DNA of 46,044 nt. It comes from Gonapodya sp. JEL0774. Lineage: Eukaryota. Position numbers and translations under genes: made by a program. A model generated the notes under the pieces. It saw only the letters and a list, made by a program, of their open reading frames with translations, ran no database searches and was not told the DNA's origin. Every line of letters begins with the position of its first letter. Position 1 is the stretch's first letter. The stretch is from assembly GCA_027604505.1 (NCBI GenBank), contig JADIIX010000075.1, forward strand, positions 62,001 to 108,044. The letters are read 5' to 3'. This document shows positions 26,217 to 39,449 of the stretch, in pieces.

Positions 26217-27981
26217 CTAAGCGGTCACCTCTTCATCGTCCTTTGTGTTATCCACAAGATTCCATTTTGACATGACCGGAACGAGAATCCCACCCAAAAG
26301 AAGTTGGCTGGCATGATAAAGGAGGAGGGGGATGGAATAAAGTCCCAGGTTAGGGTCGTGATCGTAGCTTTAATGTAGGTGTGAGTTGGATTGTGTGAAG
26401 AACACGACAAAAGGAATGGTGGCTCACAGGATGTTTATTATCTGAAGTAAGGACAGGCTGCATAGTCAGCTTCCACCAGAGAACGACACAATGGAGTGAT
26501 GTCGCAAACGTACCGGTATTCCCAATGCAATTGTCTTCGTGGATGCCACAAACAATACTGCCGTCGTGTCTGCCCTCGTTAAAGACCAGCCAGCCCTGCG
26601 AAGCCAGGTCAGAACATAATGCAGGTAATACCAGCCAATCGAGAGGCTACAGATGAAGAAGAACATAGAGAAATTGAGAAAGAGAACCACAACGAGGTCA
26701 GGTGCCGCGACCGATATGCGGGCTGCAAAAGTCTGCAAAGGAATCGCCGGCACAACGAGCTCACTGTTTATGAAGATGTGTCAGTCATGTGGTTTAAATT
26801 TAAAGCAACTCACATCACAGAAGGTGCTCCAAACAAGGAGGAGAATCATGCAGTTACCTGTGGTGGGTGACTGGTCAGCCTCACCACGCCGTACAAGAGC
26901 CATTGTTGCTCACCAAAGGTGCTAAAGCTTACGTATCTTTGCAGAAACTCGACCCATTTTGGTCGAAATATGTGAACAACCTGCCCCAGAAGAAGCGGGA
27001 TTCTGTTGGGCAAACGTTGGTCAGGATTGCCTTCCCTTCCTCTGGACACCAGACGCAGAATCGCACAAAACTGTCACAGACAAGTCCATGAAAAGCTTCC
27101 CGTAGTCTACTGAGGCAGCTTGTCCGAGGTAACCCAGTATCAAAAATGGCGTAACAAAAATGCCCAAGATATTGCCTAGGAGATCCCAAGAGTTGAACAT
27201 ACCGGGTACAGTTTGCGGAAGGATTCTTTACGCTCACCAATAACAGAGTTGATAATGGATACAGCTTCATTGCCGCCCGCATTTCGTGTCATAATTGTGT
27301 TGGAAGAGACTGTGGTGGGGGCACTCATGCAAATAACAAACCTGGGAACAGCGCTCGTTGACAGGGGGAATCTTCAATTGGTATGATTTATTCACATACC
27401 CATCCAACAGGGCACCATTGATACCAGTGCGTTTCAACCCGCTCGAAATGCCCCAACCAAGAACGGGCATCAGTCCCAGACTCAAAAGCTGAGTGACTTT
27501 GGTGACGATGACGCCGATATTTGAGCGAGATCAATCAAGATTGCTGAATTGACGTCCAAGCAAGATGGTCCAATTTGCACTCACTAATGTGAACTCTCCA
27601 CATCAGAACGCTCTTCACTAAGACTTGAGACTTGAGTGACATTCCCGAAAACAAGAAAATAAAGGCCACCCCGACATATTTTAGTGAATATTGAGAAGCA
27701 ATGTAGCCCCCCTTCTTTCCCAGAGGTGGATATGCGGCTGTCAGGTGCAGCCAGATCAGAATTGGCCGACGATTCCCTTATTCCCTCCACAGAACATTCC
27801 ACGTACCTGCTAGTCCGATCGCCATTCCAAGGCCGAAGAGGAACCAATGTGTTCCAAAAAACATACTTATCCTGGTCCACAGATTCCGAGGTGTTGTGGA
27901 CGGAGAAACAGCATTTGGACTGGGAGCACCACCTTGTTCTTTCACGTCCTTGTCCTTTGATTCTAATGATGACTGCTCCAT
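26217..27981 (-). CDS. SLC10A7: SBF-like sodium/bile-acid symporter family member (SLC10A7/Rch1-like)
   Basis: HWFLFGLGMAIGLA, PTTVSSNTIMTRNAGGNEA, PLLLGQ, LFVASTKTIALGIP, YSIPLLLYHASQLLLG; stop TAG at 26219-26217. Confidence 0.85.
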
Positions 27982-28571
27982 CGAGAAAGATCTATGCCAC
28001 TGATTTCGACCGTTGTGGTGGAGATACTACGACGGGAAAGAGAACTTATGTCTTTCGCTATCGGAGGCAAAATCATTATCAGGGCGGTGGCCGCAGCAGA
28101 CGGAGTGAAGGTGTGCGCATGGAAAGAATTCGTTTGCGAATGCGAAGGGACAGGTTTGCTACAAAGTACAGGAGTCAGGCACGTCCCAGTCGTGGCGCTT
28201 TCCGGCAGGGCCTTGCGGCGCTCTCCTCTTGTGGGATATCCGGTACGCATATACACAATTACATTATACGTAATTCCGATTCAGGTGCACATATGTGAGC
28301 TGAACCTCAATGCTGAAATGAAAATAATTATAATTGGGCAGCCTCGAGAAGTCAAATTTCACCATATGTATAGGCGTGGGATTCTTCCGCCGATCGGCGT
28401 GGCCTTTGAGCAACAAACCACGGGCAGGTTATTTCCAAAATGAACGGTATTTCTTGTGGCACCGTTCAGTATGAACGGGAAATTTGGTATTGCAGTTTGC
28501 AGCGCTTTTAATGCGCTAATCTATGGTTTGCGACATTTATACACAATCCGCCAAAAGCTATCGTATGCCAA

Positions 28572-29866
28572 TCACATTAGCCTGTGTCCAGTCATTTTCC
28601 GTGCAATATTAATGGAAACCTGCAAATGCCGACCTTCAAAACCGTCTCGCACCCTGCCCTTGGTGTCTCCAAAGAAGCCCCCGCGCCGTAAACGGGGCAG
28701 ACATAGTTCGTTAAATGGCATAAAACGATCGACGAAGTCCTGGTGAAAGAGCGAGCGAGTTTTGTTCAATTTCGGAGGAGTTGTAGAGATGGTGTGTTGA
28801 CCAGCGAGTTCGGTGAATTGAAAGACTGTGCAGAAATGGCCACAGGCGGGGAGCCTCTCACCTTTATTTGTTCATCTGTCATACCTGCCTTCCCCTTCGC
28901 CTTCATCTCATCCTCAGCTTGTTGTCGCCACACGTACGAGAAGTTGTAGTCCTCTGCGTCAATGTGCACAAAGCAGTCGAACCATTTCCACAAAGTGCGC
29001 TCATACTCCTTCAGTTCCTCGTTGAGCACGTGAAGATGCTGCAGCGGGTACCTTCGGCAGTGGCCGTTTGGGTCATCGAATGAGGCAGTGTACGCCTTTT
29101 CCAGTTCCGCGTCGTCTAACGCCCGAAACCCTGCCATCCACCCTTCAAAAATTACAATGTCCACGGGACAGGTGACTTTGTGCCACGTCGACTCCGGCGC
29201 ACGGTCTCCACGGCCCTGATGTGCGGACTTCTCGTAGGCGGGTAGAGCGACGGTGAGTTCCTTAGGGTCGGTACGAGGATTTCGCAACGCGGTGGCGGAT
29301 TTGTCCAAGATAGCCTGAAAGGTGGAAATAGCGAGTGGGAGGTCGTGTGTTCCAGGGTCGCCCCGAAATTGGAGCAGAAGGTTGTCGGGGTGGGCTTTGG
29401 AGAGTGCAGACTGGTCCTCGTAAGTCAGGTAGACTGGGGGACAGAGACCCCATGGAGGCAGGAGTTGCGTTCAAGGTCGAAGCGAGCTCGGATGGAATCG
29501 GTCATTTAGAACAAGCAAAAAAACACTCACCATCGTCTAGGGAGAGAAATGCGAGCTTGAGGCAGAATGGTGGGGACGACAAGATCCGGTGCAATCCATT
29601 TGTGAGCGAGGTCTTGCCTGCCCCTGCATCAACGCCGATACACCATTTAGCACAGAATTTCACAAGCCATGAGTGTCAAAATGTCCGATGCGCGTACCTT
29701 GAGGGCCGGATATGCAGACATAGAGGGGTTTTCGGTTTGATTTGGAGGATTCAGGTCGCAGTGAATGGAGCCAGGAGAGGATCTGGAGGGCGATGAGCAC
29801 TGTCTTTGGGTCATGCTGTGGAGCCACGCGAATTGACGGTTTTCGCTTTGACTGCTCAGCACCCAT
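28572..29866 (-). CDS. TDA10: P-loop kinase, TDA10 / D-glycerate 3-kinase-like
   Basis: Spliced Walker A ISGPQGAGKT, SLDD.YL, RGDPGTHD, PAYEKSAHQGRGDR, IFEGWMAGF, VWRQQAE, FVDRFMP. Start codon uncertain. Confidence 0.85.
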
Positions 29867-30667
29867 TTTGCGATGGAGTTCTTTGATTGCGTTTCGGGTT
29901 TTTGGGCTCGGCCGATTTCACACTTGGAAATCGGCCTTTGGTCACTTTGTAAGGCATCAAGCCCTCCCACCACCACCCCAGAACTTTGAGCTCCCCCTTT
30001 ACAGCCGAACCTCCACAACTGCAAACCGTTGGGAAAGGGGTCAGCCCTGCAGTTAGACAGCGTTTGCCCTCCTAGAGGTTGCCTTCCAAACCTGTAATTT
30101 TCAAATCCCATAATACGCTTCTGCGCCAGATTAACAGAGCAGTTCTTTTGTCAATTTATCTTTTTCTTCTGCGTTTCATGCTTGGAACCGAGGTGGAACG
30201 GGTTGATCGAGGTGATGTTGGTCGCCCCACGCCTCGCAACTACGTCTTCATGGACACATCTCGCAACACCTCAAACCCACACCACCATTCACTAACCGGG
30301 TGGCAAATCAACGTTATCTACCGCGAATCATCAATTATTCTCATCTTCGAGGTCCCTCACTTTTCAGTGTGCCTTGTCGGTCCTTCATCTTCCCTCCCTG
30401 TCGTCTCTAACATAAACACAACCTCCTGATGTCACGTGAATGAATCTATTTGACAGTAACCATCTGTAGCGCTACACAACAATCTATTGATACATTGCTC
30501 CGTCTTACCCACACCCCATGTGGGGGCGGGGCGCATCAGAATTCACTGATCTTCACTGATGCCGTTCAATCACAAGAGCGAACCGCCAGCTTAACCCTCC
30601 TATATTCTGCTTCTTATTTGTTGCTTCTGCGCTTTAAGCATCCAACGAATACCCCATATAAGGAATC

Positions 30668-33600
30668 ATGGAGTCGCGTCGTTCGAATGCTTTTCCAGAG
30701 CGAGGGTCGTGTTCCTCTTCCCTGCTAACGAGAACGCTTCCGCACCAAGGAAAGCAGCATCAACTGCTCCGCTTAAACACGATCCCTGCGTCATCAAAGC
30801 CGCAGCATCGATTTCGCTCACGAATCTCCCCCTAGTCACTTCATTATCCAGTACAAGACTTCCAGTTCCGAGTGTACCACGGAAGTCGCCGCCATCCCTC
30901 ATTGACAAGCACACGGATTCAGTTAAAGCTACTCGGCAAATGAATGTGTCCCGGCCTGTAAGGGCTCTGGAGAGGATTCTGGTTGCTGCCCTGGATGCCG
31001 AAAGAATTGTTCTTTCAAGTCCCAAGCGTCTCACTCCCAGTACTCCCACAACCAACAACAAGAAAATTCCCATCTCTGCCAATTCTCTACCAGATTTGCA
31101 TGTGTCAAAGCTGGAGCCCTCTGCTCTCTGACATTCGGCCCACAATCCGGCAACTTGCCTCCCTCATCCAGGAGTTCCAGTTTCGAATCATCCTGAACAT
31201 GAAATGGAGGCCTGACTCGCCCTCTCCGGGGATATGGACAGAGGAGCTCACGTAGTGGTGTGCGATGCCCGGGTAATCATGCTTGCAATCGACACACTGC
31301 AAGTGCTCGGGTCCCGCACCACGCCACCTTCACATATGCCCTTGCTCCTGGACGGAATTGCCGCAGCTACAACTATACTCTCGTTGTTTGCTCACAGCGC
31401 TCGCCGGGGAAGACCAAATGATCCGCATGTCTCTGCTTTCATAAAACAATGGAGACTACCTATTGTCTATGACAAGATGGTGGCTTCCACAGTGGATAAA
31501 GTAACCTCTCAGCACCGAACACCCCCAAAGACGCTACACCTTCTGGACAGGCACATCCTTATCCGCCATCAAAAGTCAAACCGCTGTCTTCCACATAGTG
31601 ACAACATCCTCTACCTTCACCCTTTCCTCGCCTCGCTGGCTTCACTGTCCTCCGCACTCGCTCAAATCCTCCCAGTGTATGCCATCAACAATCTGAAAGT
31701 ACAAGGCGATGAGGACGGAACCTTCCCAGAATCGGTACCAACCTCGCTCTACGTTTCCAACATCCCGCAACTTTCCGGAATTGTCGTTTCAATGATGGAC
31801 GTTGTCATAACCTGTTCCACAGCGGGTGAGTTCAGTGTCCAGCAGAAGCTCCACGACAACACGGCCGGTCATAAGTAGATGTCGCTTTCGTGCATGCGGA
31901 TGCACATTTCAAACAGACTCACGAATACACAACATCTCGGAGACTTCAAATTTGGCTACTGCCACACTCTCTCTGGTTTTCCGTTTAAGGCCGTCCGCTA
32001 ACCAAGGTGTGCTTGCTAGCGCTCTCGGTCTGCTGACCGTGCTCAGCAAGAACCGTGAGCTTACCATTTTCACCACATCGAACCAAAATTAGCTCATCGC
32101 AGAACGTGGTACCCTTGCACCTTACTAGACCGGCTTGCGAGCATGATTTGGATCGGTGGTGTCATTGAACGCCCGACAAAGTACATCCTGAAGGCCAACA
32201 AGGCGGATCTCACAGGCTGGACGTCAGCGTTGGCTTTGGTTAAGAGTTTTGCGGGAAACGGTGGGTCGAAATCTTCCGTGCGATCCTTGAATGATCTGGC
32301 CAGTTCAGTGCTCGTAGTTCCGATTATTGCTCAAGGTGCTACGAAATTCTGGCATTTTGCACAGAAAGAGGAGTTCGGAGCACTCATGTATCAAGAACTT
32401 TTAATGAAACAGCGGCTAGACACACTCACCGCACACCCTAGTCTCCCAGGATACACGAGAAGCGACGGAATAGTGAAAGTGCAGAATGAAACATTGAGCA
32501 TCATCAAGGCGTATTTTGTTCTAGGTGCGTTCGAGAGAAAATTTATTTTTGGCGATGTGTGGGGTACTGCTGTACATGTCGTTCGCTGGAATACCTGTAA
32601 TTCCCGGCTCCCGCCTGCAGAGACTTCGAGGCGTGTTCGGGCTTCTCGCTTCTACAGTCGCACCTCCAACACCATCTCTCTACTCCGACAAAAGCTATTT
32701 CTTTGGTGTCGAGAGATACTGCGTCATCCCTCCTCGTTCAAGCGCTTTATGCTGCTCTCGAACCGACTACTTTTGTACTGGAACAGTCTGCGGTGACGAA
32801 AAACATTGAGATCAATCTCCCCAGAATAGATGACGATGCGAATTGGTCTTGGGATGTCCGCACTATGTTTCCGGAATTATATCCAGACGTTCTGAGTGAA
32901 CCCGTGGCCCATCCCCCTCCCGACTCAGAAACACCTCCCGTCGAACTCCCTCACAGATCCACTGGCCCTCTCATATTCGAGCAGCTGTCTCGAGCTCCAA
33001 ACCTCCTTCCAACTACTATATCCGGATACATCGATAGAGTGATTAGAGGCGGGCACCAGAGCTCGTGTTTGATCGCTTGAGCAGAGTGCATGCGAGCAGC
33101 AGTGGTCTCCAGTTTGAGTCGCGTTTCGAGGGAGGGAAATCGGCCATCGCATTTAAAGTTCGTGATACTTATTGCATTGAGTGGGCTCACTTTAAGGACA
33201 CGAGGAGTAAGGTCTCTGCCACATAATATGACTTGCTCATCTCCTTCGACACACCGCCAGGGCGTCATGGACAATGGTATTTCTTCTCAGTGTCGGGCAT
33301 GCACCCCGGGACCAACTATCGCCTTAGCATTATCAATATGGTGCGACCTTCCTCCCTGTTCAACAGGGGGTGCAGCCGAGCGTTGACTCCATGAAAGAGA
33401 AGGTCTGGAAGAGGAAAGGTGAAGGAGTGATACAGTTTCGGTAAGAAGTCAAAAATGGGTTTTGTTCGACGAGCAAGTAAACGCAGTTTACGGCTGGGAC
33501 AACAGAAATCACTACACATGACCAGTGAATAGCGATGAGGGGTCCACAGAGTTGATACCTGCGCCTTTCACCAAATCCACGTACTCGACGCTCACGTTTG

Positions 33601-34292
33601 TACTACAAAACTCAAATGAAGCAACAGATACTCTTTTCGTTGCATCTGGTGTAGCGTTCACCTCCACCGATCTCTGGCGGTATTTTGGTTCGCATCACAA
33701 AGGAAAAGTTCGTCACAGAATGTGGATTTGCTTTTCTTCTTTAACTTATGTTGTTCCTTCCTTCCCGGGACAGAGGAAGCATCGTCCAAGGAGTGTCTTT
33801 GTGCAGAACATTGGGAGGGAGAGTCGCCGAGGTTCTGACTGTCACGGACTTCAATTGCCGATGGTGAGTCTTCCAAATGAGCCACAACCCAGCGGGTTTT
33901 GAGAAGGTGTTTCCCACGATCCTAAAACAGATCTCCCCGATGTTTGCACTTGGGTCTTGCAGCTTTGGAGCTCAGTCCACCAAGCTGCATTCGGCACGCG
34001 TGGTCGCTTGGCAGGAGTTTAGAATCGCTCATTCGTTCATTATCGGGATCTCGTAATGTGGATGTGATTTTGGGATGTTTGCTGGACTGCAATTCTCACT
34101 GGAGGACTTCGAGTTGATGGGGAAGTTGATAGGAAAAAGCGTCGCCCAGTTTGGGAGCGTTATGACAAGGGATGATTGTAAGACCAACGCCGGTGAGCTC
34201 CCGACTTCTCACAGTTCTGATGAACTCTTGTGTTTGCAGGCGGGCTTCACTCAAGGACTAGTGCAGAGAGTTCAGGTACTGAAGAAACCTAA
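30668..34292 (+). CDS. Large multi-exon hypothetical protein, probably helical
   Basis: Chain of long + strand ORFs (30709-31131, 31234-31878, 32143-32796, 32703-33080, 33525-33902, 34075-34302) separated by intron-like segments; no family recognised, boundaries uncertain. Confidence 0.5.
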
Positions 34293-34437
34293 CAACACAT
34301 AGATAAAGGTAGAATTCGAAGGGCAAGAAAAGAATTTATACCGTTTAGTGTTCACGTCGGAAGTTTCATTTTGTGCGAAGATGATCGATCACTCCTGAAC
34401 TACACCAATCATCGCAAACATTGATAAATATAATTAC

Positions 34438-35283
34438 ATGTCTCGAAAGCAACAACTTCTGTCCCCCCACGGGATCCCTCCACAGCCTTTTTTTCTATCA
34501 TACAAATATCGGACCCAGTTCGCTTCCGATGACCCAACTCAATCACTCTCATCGGGATTACAACCGAAACACTCTGCACAACGACCGAAAGAAACTGCAA
34601 ACGGAACAACTCCATCCATAGTATCTCCGATAACTACCAGTGAGAATGATGCTGCTGCTCTCAAGGAAGTCCCAAAGGATAATGGTCCGACCAAAAGTCA
34701 AACGTACTTGAAAATGCAGGAGGAGCGAGAGGTATTGAGTCCCCGCGCGAAGGTAAATGTCACACTCAAAGAATCAATCGTGAATCTAGGAGGCTATACG
34801 CCGCCGCAAAATGAAATTACCTGGCCCTCAATCATATTGGGGAGGGCCAGCAGCGGTTGCAGGATGCTCTTTGGCAAAGAAAGCCTTTGAAAGAATGCGA
34901 GAGAACAATCTCAAAGAAACTCACCGGAGGTAATATAAAGCTCTTGCTTATTTGTAACTGTAGGATCTCCGGTCTGTTTCTCAACAGGGGTGTTTTAGGA
35001 ACGAAGAAATTCTGTTCCTAATCGAGGGTCAAGTTTCAAGGTAAGGAAATAAATTCACCCATCACTCTCAGTGACTTTACTCTGACATTGCTCAATAGCT
35101 TTGATGCCCTCAAATTGAAGGTTTGTTTCCATTGGAATATTTTAAGTGTCTGAAACCAAAAAACCTACTGACTTAATTCACACTCCGAAACAGGAGCTAC
35201 TGACACCCACAACAGAGAATATTGTTACTGGTCTGCTCTCCAGGAGAGATAGACTAAGGGTTGAGAAGTTGCTTGAAAAGTAA
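34438..35283 (+). pseudogene. Possible decayed intron-containing gene fragment at the edge of the repeat-rich block
   Basis: ORF 34438-34890 followed by several GT..AG-bounded short segments with stops or frameshifts; no family recognised. Confidence 0.25.
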
Positions 35284-35430
35284 TGGTCACAGGACAAGAG
35301 CTCAAATTTTAAAGCAGCAGGCAGGTTGGATGGTATCTAGAATCTGCATAACTTAAATTATTATGCTAAAACAGCACTTTTATCATTGTTTCAAAAAGAG
35401 ACTATTTGCCCAATTGTACTTGTGTAGTGG

Positions 35431-36310
35431 ATGTCCACAGTGTACAGCCACCAAGACCAAGACGGACCTCTGACCCTGTATTGCCAAGTTCACTGGCCCA
35501 TACAGGGAAAGAGTGTTCTCATTCTACCATTCCCCCTCCGAGGTCTCTGCTCAGAAGGAGGCCAACAAGATCTAGTGCCAATTGCTAGTCTTGGCACGCC
35601 ATTGGTCCCCAAGGGTTTCGGAGATGAGCTTGTTGTGTCCCTCAATACCGCCCATCATTGCTCCAATGATGCTGCCAACCACACCATTGCTGAGGTTATG
35701 CGATCCAATGGTGATGCACACTAGCTTTCAGACAAAGCTCTTGTATTTCTTGCCCCATATAACGTTCTTTCCTTGATGGAAACACTCAAAGCCTTGGTCA
35801 CGCAGTTGATTTGGCTTGCCGGAGGCATCACCCTCCACAAAAGGCTCCTTACTGAGTGGGATTCCCTTGACGACAAAAAGCTCTTGTACTTTGACTTCTG
35901 TGTTTGGGCCAACAAGACCACCTGTTATGTTGCAGAGCCTCTCGTTGCAGCATCTTGCACCTCAATACCTGGCATAAAAATTGGACACCAGTCACCAATT
36001 AGGGCATGGACAAACTTCTTGACAGCCTGCAGGTTTTGACCTACAGAGCCCTTCAATGGTGAATTGTCAACACCATCTTTCCCTTCCATTCCGTTAAGGT
36101 ACACCCTGACACTCCCATCAAAGTCTCCCCAGGAAAGGAATCTCAGCACTCTCTGCAGTTGCAGGGATTGCTTCAGCAGCCTTCTTCCTCACCCAGCAGT
36201 GCGCTCATAGCCCTCGCCAAGGCCAAACAGAAGACAGATGGCAAGTTGGCTTCAGGTTCCTTCAAGGCAAAGAACCCTGTTTTAGAGCCCTTTTGATCCA
36301 CCCCCCCTCC
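35431..36310 (+). pseudogene. Degenerate ORF remnant, probably transposon-derived, interrupted by the LTR at 36311
   Basis: ORFs 35431-35724 and 35773-36039 share a frame separated by a single TAG; CpG-poor; protein-like reading stops at the LTR edge. Confidence 0.3.
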
Positions 36311-36518
36311 TGTAGTGGGCTGTCACTACTCATGGATCCTAGCCCTCTATGAACAGGGTGGGTGGCCCAGTGATATGCCTGGAGTGTGAGATGTGATCTT
36401 ATCGTGTGTAGCTATCTGTGTCTTATATACATGTGTGAGCTGTGGTTACACTGCCCAGGTCTCATTTGAGGTGTCAATACAACCTGCCACAGGTCTCATA
36501 TCAGGTGTCAATACAACA
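36311..36518 (-). mobile_element. Putative 3' LTR of a Gypsy-type retrotransposon
   Basis: On the minus strand TGTTGT...ACTACA, preceded by the purine-rich tract AGGAAGAGCAGGG and downstream of an integrase remnant; internal ~28-bp direct repeat. Confidence 0.6.
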
Positions 36519-36769
36519 CACACCCTGCTCTTCCTAAGCAGACGACCTCAGACTCAATATAGAGAAACCAGAGCGAATAAATGAAAAAACCTCTGGCATA
36601 CACAGTGTAAGTCTTGCTCTTACAAGCAGTAATTTCAGAGCCCTTGTGTCAATGAATGCAGAACCATAGAGGAAAAACAGAGAAAAACTGTTGAATCAGT
36701 TTAGTCAGCTTAGAGTAACCCTATGCCGTGTAATGAGATTGTTTGTGGCCCATTGCTGTAAACATATGG

Positions 36770-37430
36770 CAAACCCAGTTGTAGAATGCACAGGGATGTC
36801 ATACTCAACTTGAATGGGCAGTAAATAGTGTATCCAATCATTCTGAGATTTGGTTGAAATTTATGCATATAATGCATCAACCATTGGTCTCATGAAATGT
36901 TTGGTGTGGGGATTTCCTTGTGGACGACACAGTGACGTGAAAGTATGTTGGAACTGTAGCATTGCTGCCAGTTCCTTCACTACGTTATTTGCAAATGCTG
37001 TTCCATTGTTGGAATGGATTTAAACAGGAATACCCCTTCGGTAAATCTAATTGTGCAGCAATGTGTCTTTGACAACCACAAGTTTAACCATGTGAGTGAA
37101 CATGTCCATAATCACTAAAATATGTGTGTAACCTTCCACTGTTGTTGGAAAAGGCTTATTGTGGTCAAGACATAAATTGTCCCAGGGTTGTGCTGCGCTG
37201 AAGTAGAATGGCCTCAGGAGCCCCTGTCAATTTGGCTCTGGCATGTCCAACATTTACTGTGTACATATGATTGTGCATCACATGCCATGGAATACCGATG
37301 GACTTTGGCGACCATTGCTTTGAGCATGGCAGTGGATCCGGCATGTGATCCAGTTGGGTCAGTATGGCGCATATGCAAAATTTCTTTTCTTCAAGCTGAC
37401 AGAACCTCTTTTTGAGTTGGACCATTCACT
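36770..37430 (-). mobile_element. Degenerate Ty3/Gypsy-type integrase
   Basis: Manual translation: RKEILHMRHTDPTGSHAG...CWTCQ (HHCC), PWDNLCLD, YTHILVIMDMFTH, GIPV*IHSNNGTAF, RPQGN, HSTTGFA; stops and deletions present. Confidence 0.85.
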
Positions 37431-37789
37431 GCTTTAGAGATTATTTTGCGTCATTCACCATTTGCAGCAGTAGTCCATGAACGAATTATTGTTTGGACAA
37501 GAAGACCAGTTTCAATTGCTGTAGCATTAGCATGTTGTGCAGCTTCGTTATAAGGAACTGTAATCATGTTGTAGCTCCAGTCTGTCATCTTTGTTGGCAT
37601 TTATGGCTCACTGCTAGTGGGAGAGCTGCTTGAATATAAATATATGCAGTCGCACTTGCGCGCAAACATAAATCCAACAATTCCAAATGGAGCTTTGATC
37701 AAAGTCCCACCAGTCAAATCACGTGATGGCTGGGACCGCAAGCGCCATTCTCCTCTGTTTGCCAATCCCAAGTGAGGGGAAGAACGTTG

Positions 37790-39371
37790 TCATACAAGTG
37801 ACAAGGACAGCCAATTGGCCTCAAGGGACAAGGAGGAGGGATCCAGGTCTGACATCAACTTGTCAGACTCAGCATCCAATGGTGAGATAGGGGAGTGGAG
37901 GGATCTGGGCAGTGTGGGTTCCGCAGAGGATCTACTGGGAGTAAGAGTGGTCTCCCCCTCATCCAAGCCCCAAAGCATGCAGCAGACAGCAAAGGCCAGG
38001 TGGGGCTTTGTCGCAAGTGGAGAAATGGGGACAGCAGATGACGATGACAATGCAAAGATGGTGTCTGGGACCCCCAGGGACAAACACTTGGGGACTGTGG
38101 GGTTGCCCTCCACGCACTACATTGTTCTGAACAGCAAAGGCAAAGGCAGTCAGGAGTCAAAAGTGGAAGCCATGGAATGTGGAATGTGGATCAAGGTAGA
38201 GGGGAATGCTCAGTGACCCCACTGAAGAGTGGACACAAACTGCAGGGCAATAATGCAATGCTGTTGAGACTGAAGTGCAAGAATTGCAAAAGGATGTTCA
38301 ACGTTGTTGGAGGCAATGCAGAAGATACGGGAGTGGGAGAGTAAGGACAAGGCGTTTTGAGGTAAGTCCCCTCACAAGCAATGGACCTCAAAGGCACCTG
38401 CAAAGAGGAAGAAGTGGAATCCAGTTCCAATGTTGGCTTTGTCAATGCACATTGGACCGTCCTGACTCCAGGTGGAGCACTGAACGTACTGGGAGGACCC
38501 TTAGAAGTGGAAGCCAGAGCTGTAGACCCGAGGCGATGAAGGTGCCAGCAGTTGGTCACTGTCCCACACACAATCTCAAGTTGTTGCCCCAGTCCCGCAG
38601 ATCCTCAAGGTGAGTAGCATGGAGGGAGGGCTCATGCTCCTCTGACAGTGGCCACCCATGAGGAGGAGGAGAGCTGGCTCTGTAGAGAGCTAGCAGACAC
38701 CAGGCGGCAGCTTGAGTGCAGAGCACTTGAGCTCCAAGTGGCGAGAGTGGAGAACAGAGAAGATGATAGGATCCCTGCAAGTGATGGGTTCCTGGGATGC
38801 AACCCTGATGACATTGTGGGGAACTGGATGGAGATGGGTAGCAAGGGAAGATGCCATGAGCCCGCCTCGCACACCAACATCCAATGTAAAGCCCACACAA
38901 TTGGGTTGTGTGGGGGGACATGGAGAGTAGGGATGCCCCTGTCACCTGCCACACCACTGGGGATTTTTGGACTCCGGCAGCAACAACCGCAACCAATGGC
39001 CATGAAACAACAAAACCCTCTAGGGCCTCTAGGGGGAGGTTGCAGGTGGACTCAGTGGTGGCTGCTAGAGGGGAAGATGGAGGACACCCCCTGGCAGACG
39101 CACTTGGAGGCCTGACTGGGGCATGCAATGCAGCGCCTACAGCTTGAGCTCAACCCATCATACGTAGGGAAGGGCTAAAGACAGCAGCCATTGCCCCCAA
39201 AGTGTCGGTGAGTGGCAGATGGCTTGAAGGAGAAAATACAGGGGGTTGGTGGCCGGCACGTGGCCCTGATACCACAGCTGCAGAGAAGCAGGGGAAGGGG
39301 TCAGGGGGCACAGCGTCAAGAAGAGCAATGACAGGTGCACTGACAAGCGGTGTGTGTGTGGGGGGGGCCAC
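37790..39371. other. Unclassified CpG-depleted sequence with broken ORFs, probably a decayed mobile element
   Basis: Overlapping fragmented ORFs on both strands between two TE remnants; no recognisable motif. Confidence 0.3.
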
Positions 39372-39449
39372 TGTCGCGTTTTTTACACTTGTATCAAAAG
39401 TATATCAATTTCAGTGAAGAACTATGCCATGATATAAGTCTTAAGTCTA

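Noticed and set aside
36301..36310. C-rich run as the polypurine tract of an LTR extending leftward
   Set aside because: The sequence to the left reads as a + strand ORF remnant, and a better PPT/LTR pair lies at 36519-36535 and 36311-36518.
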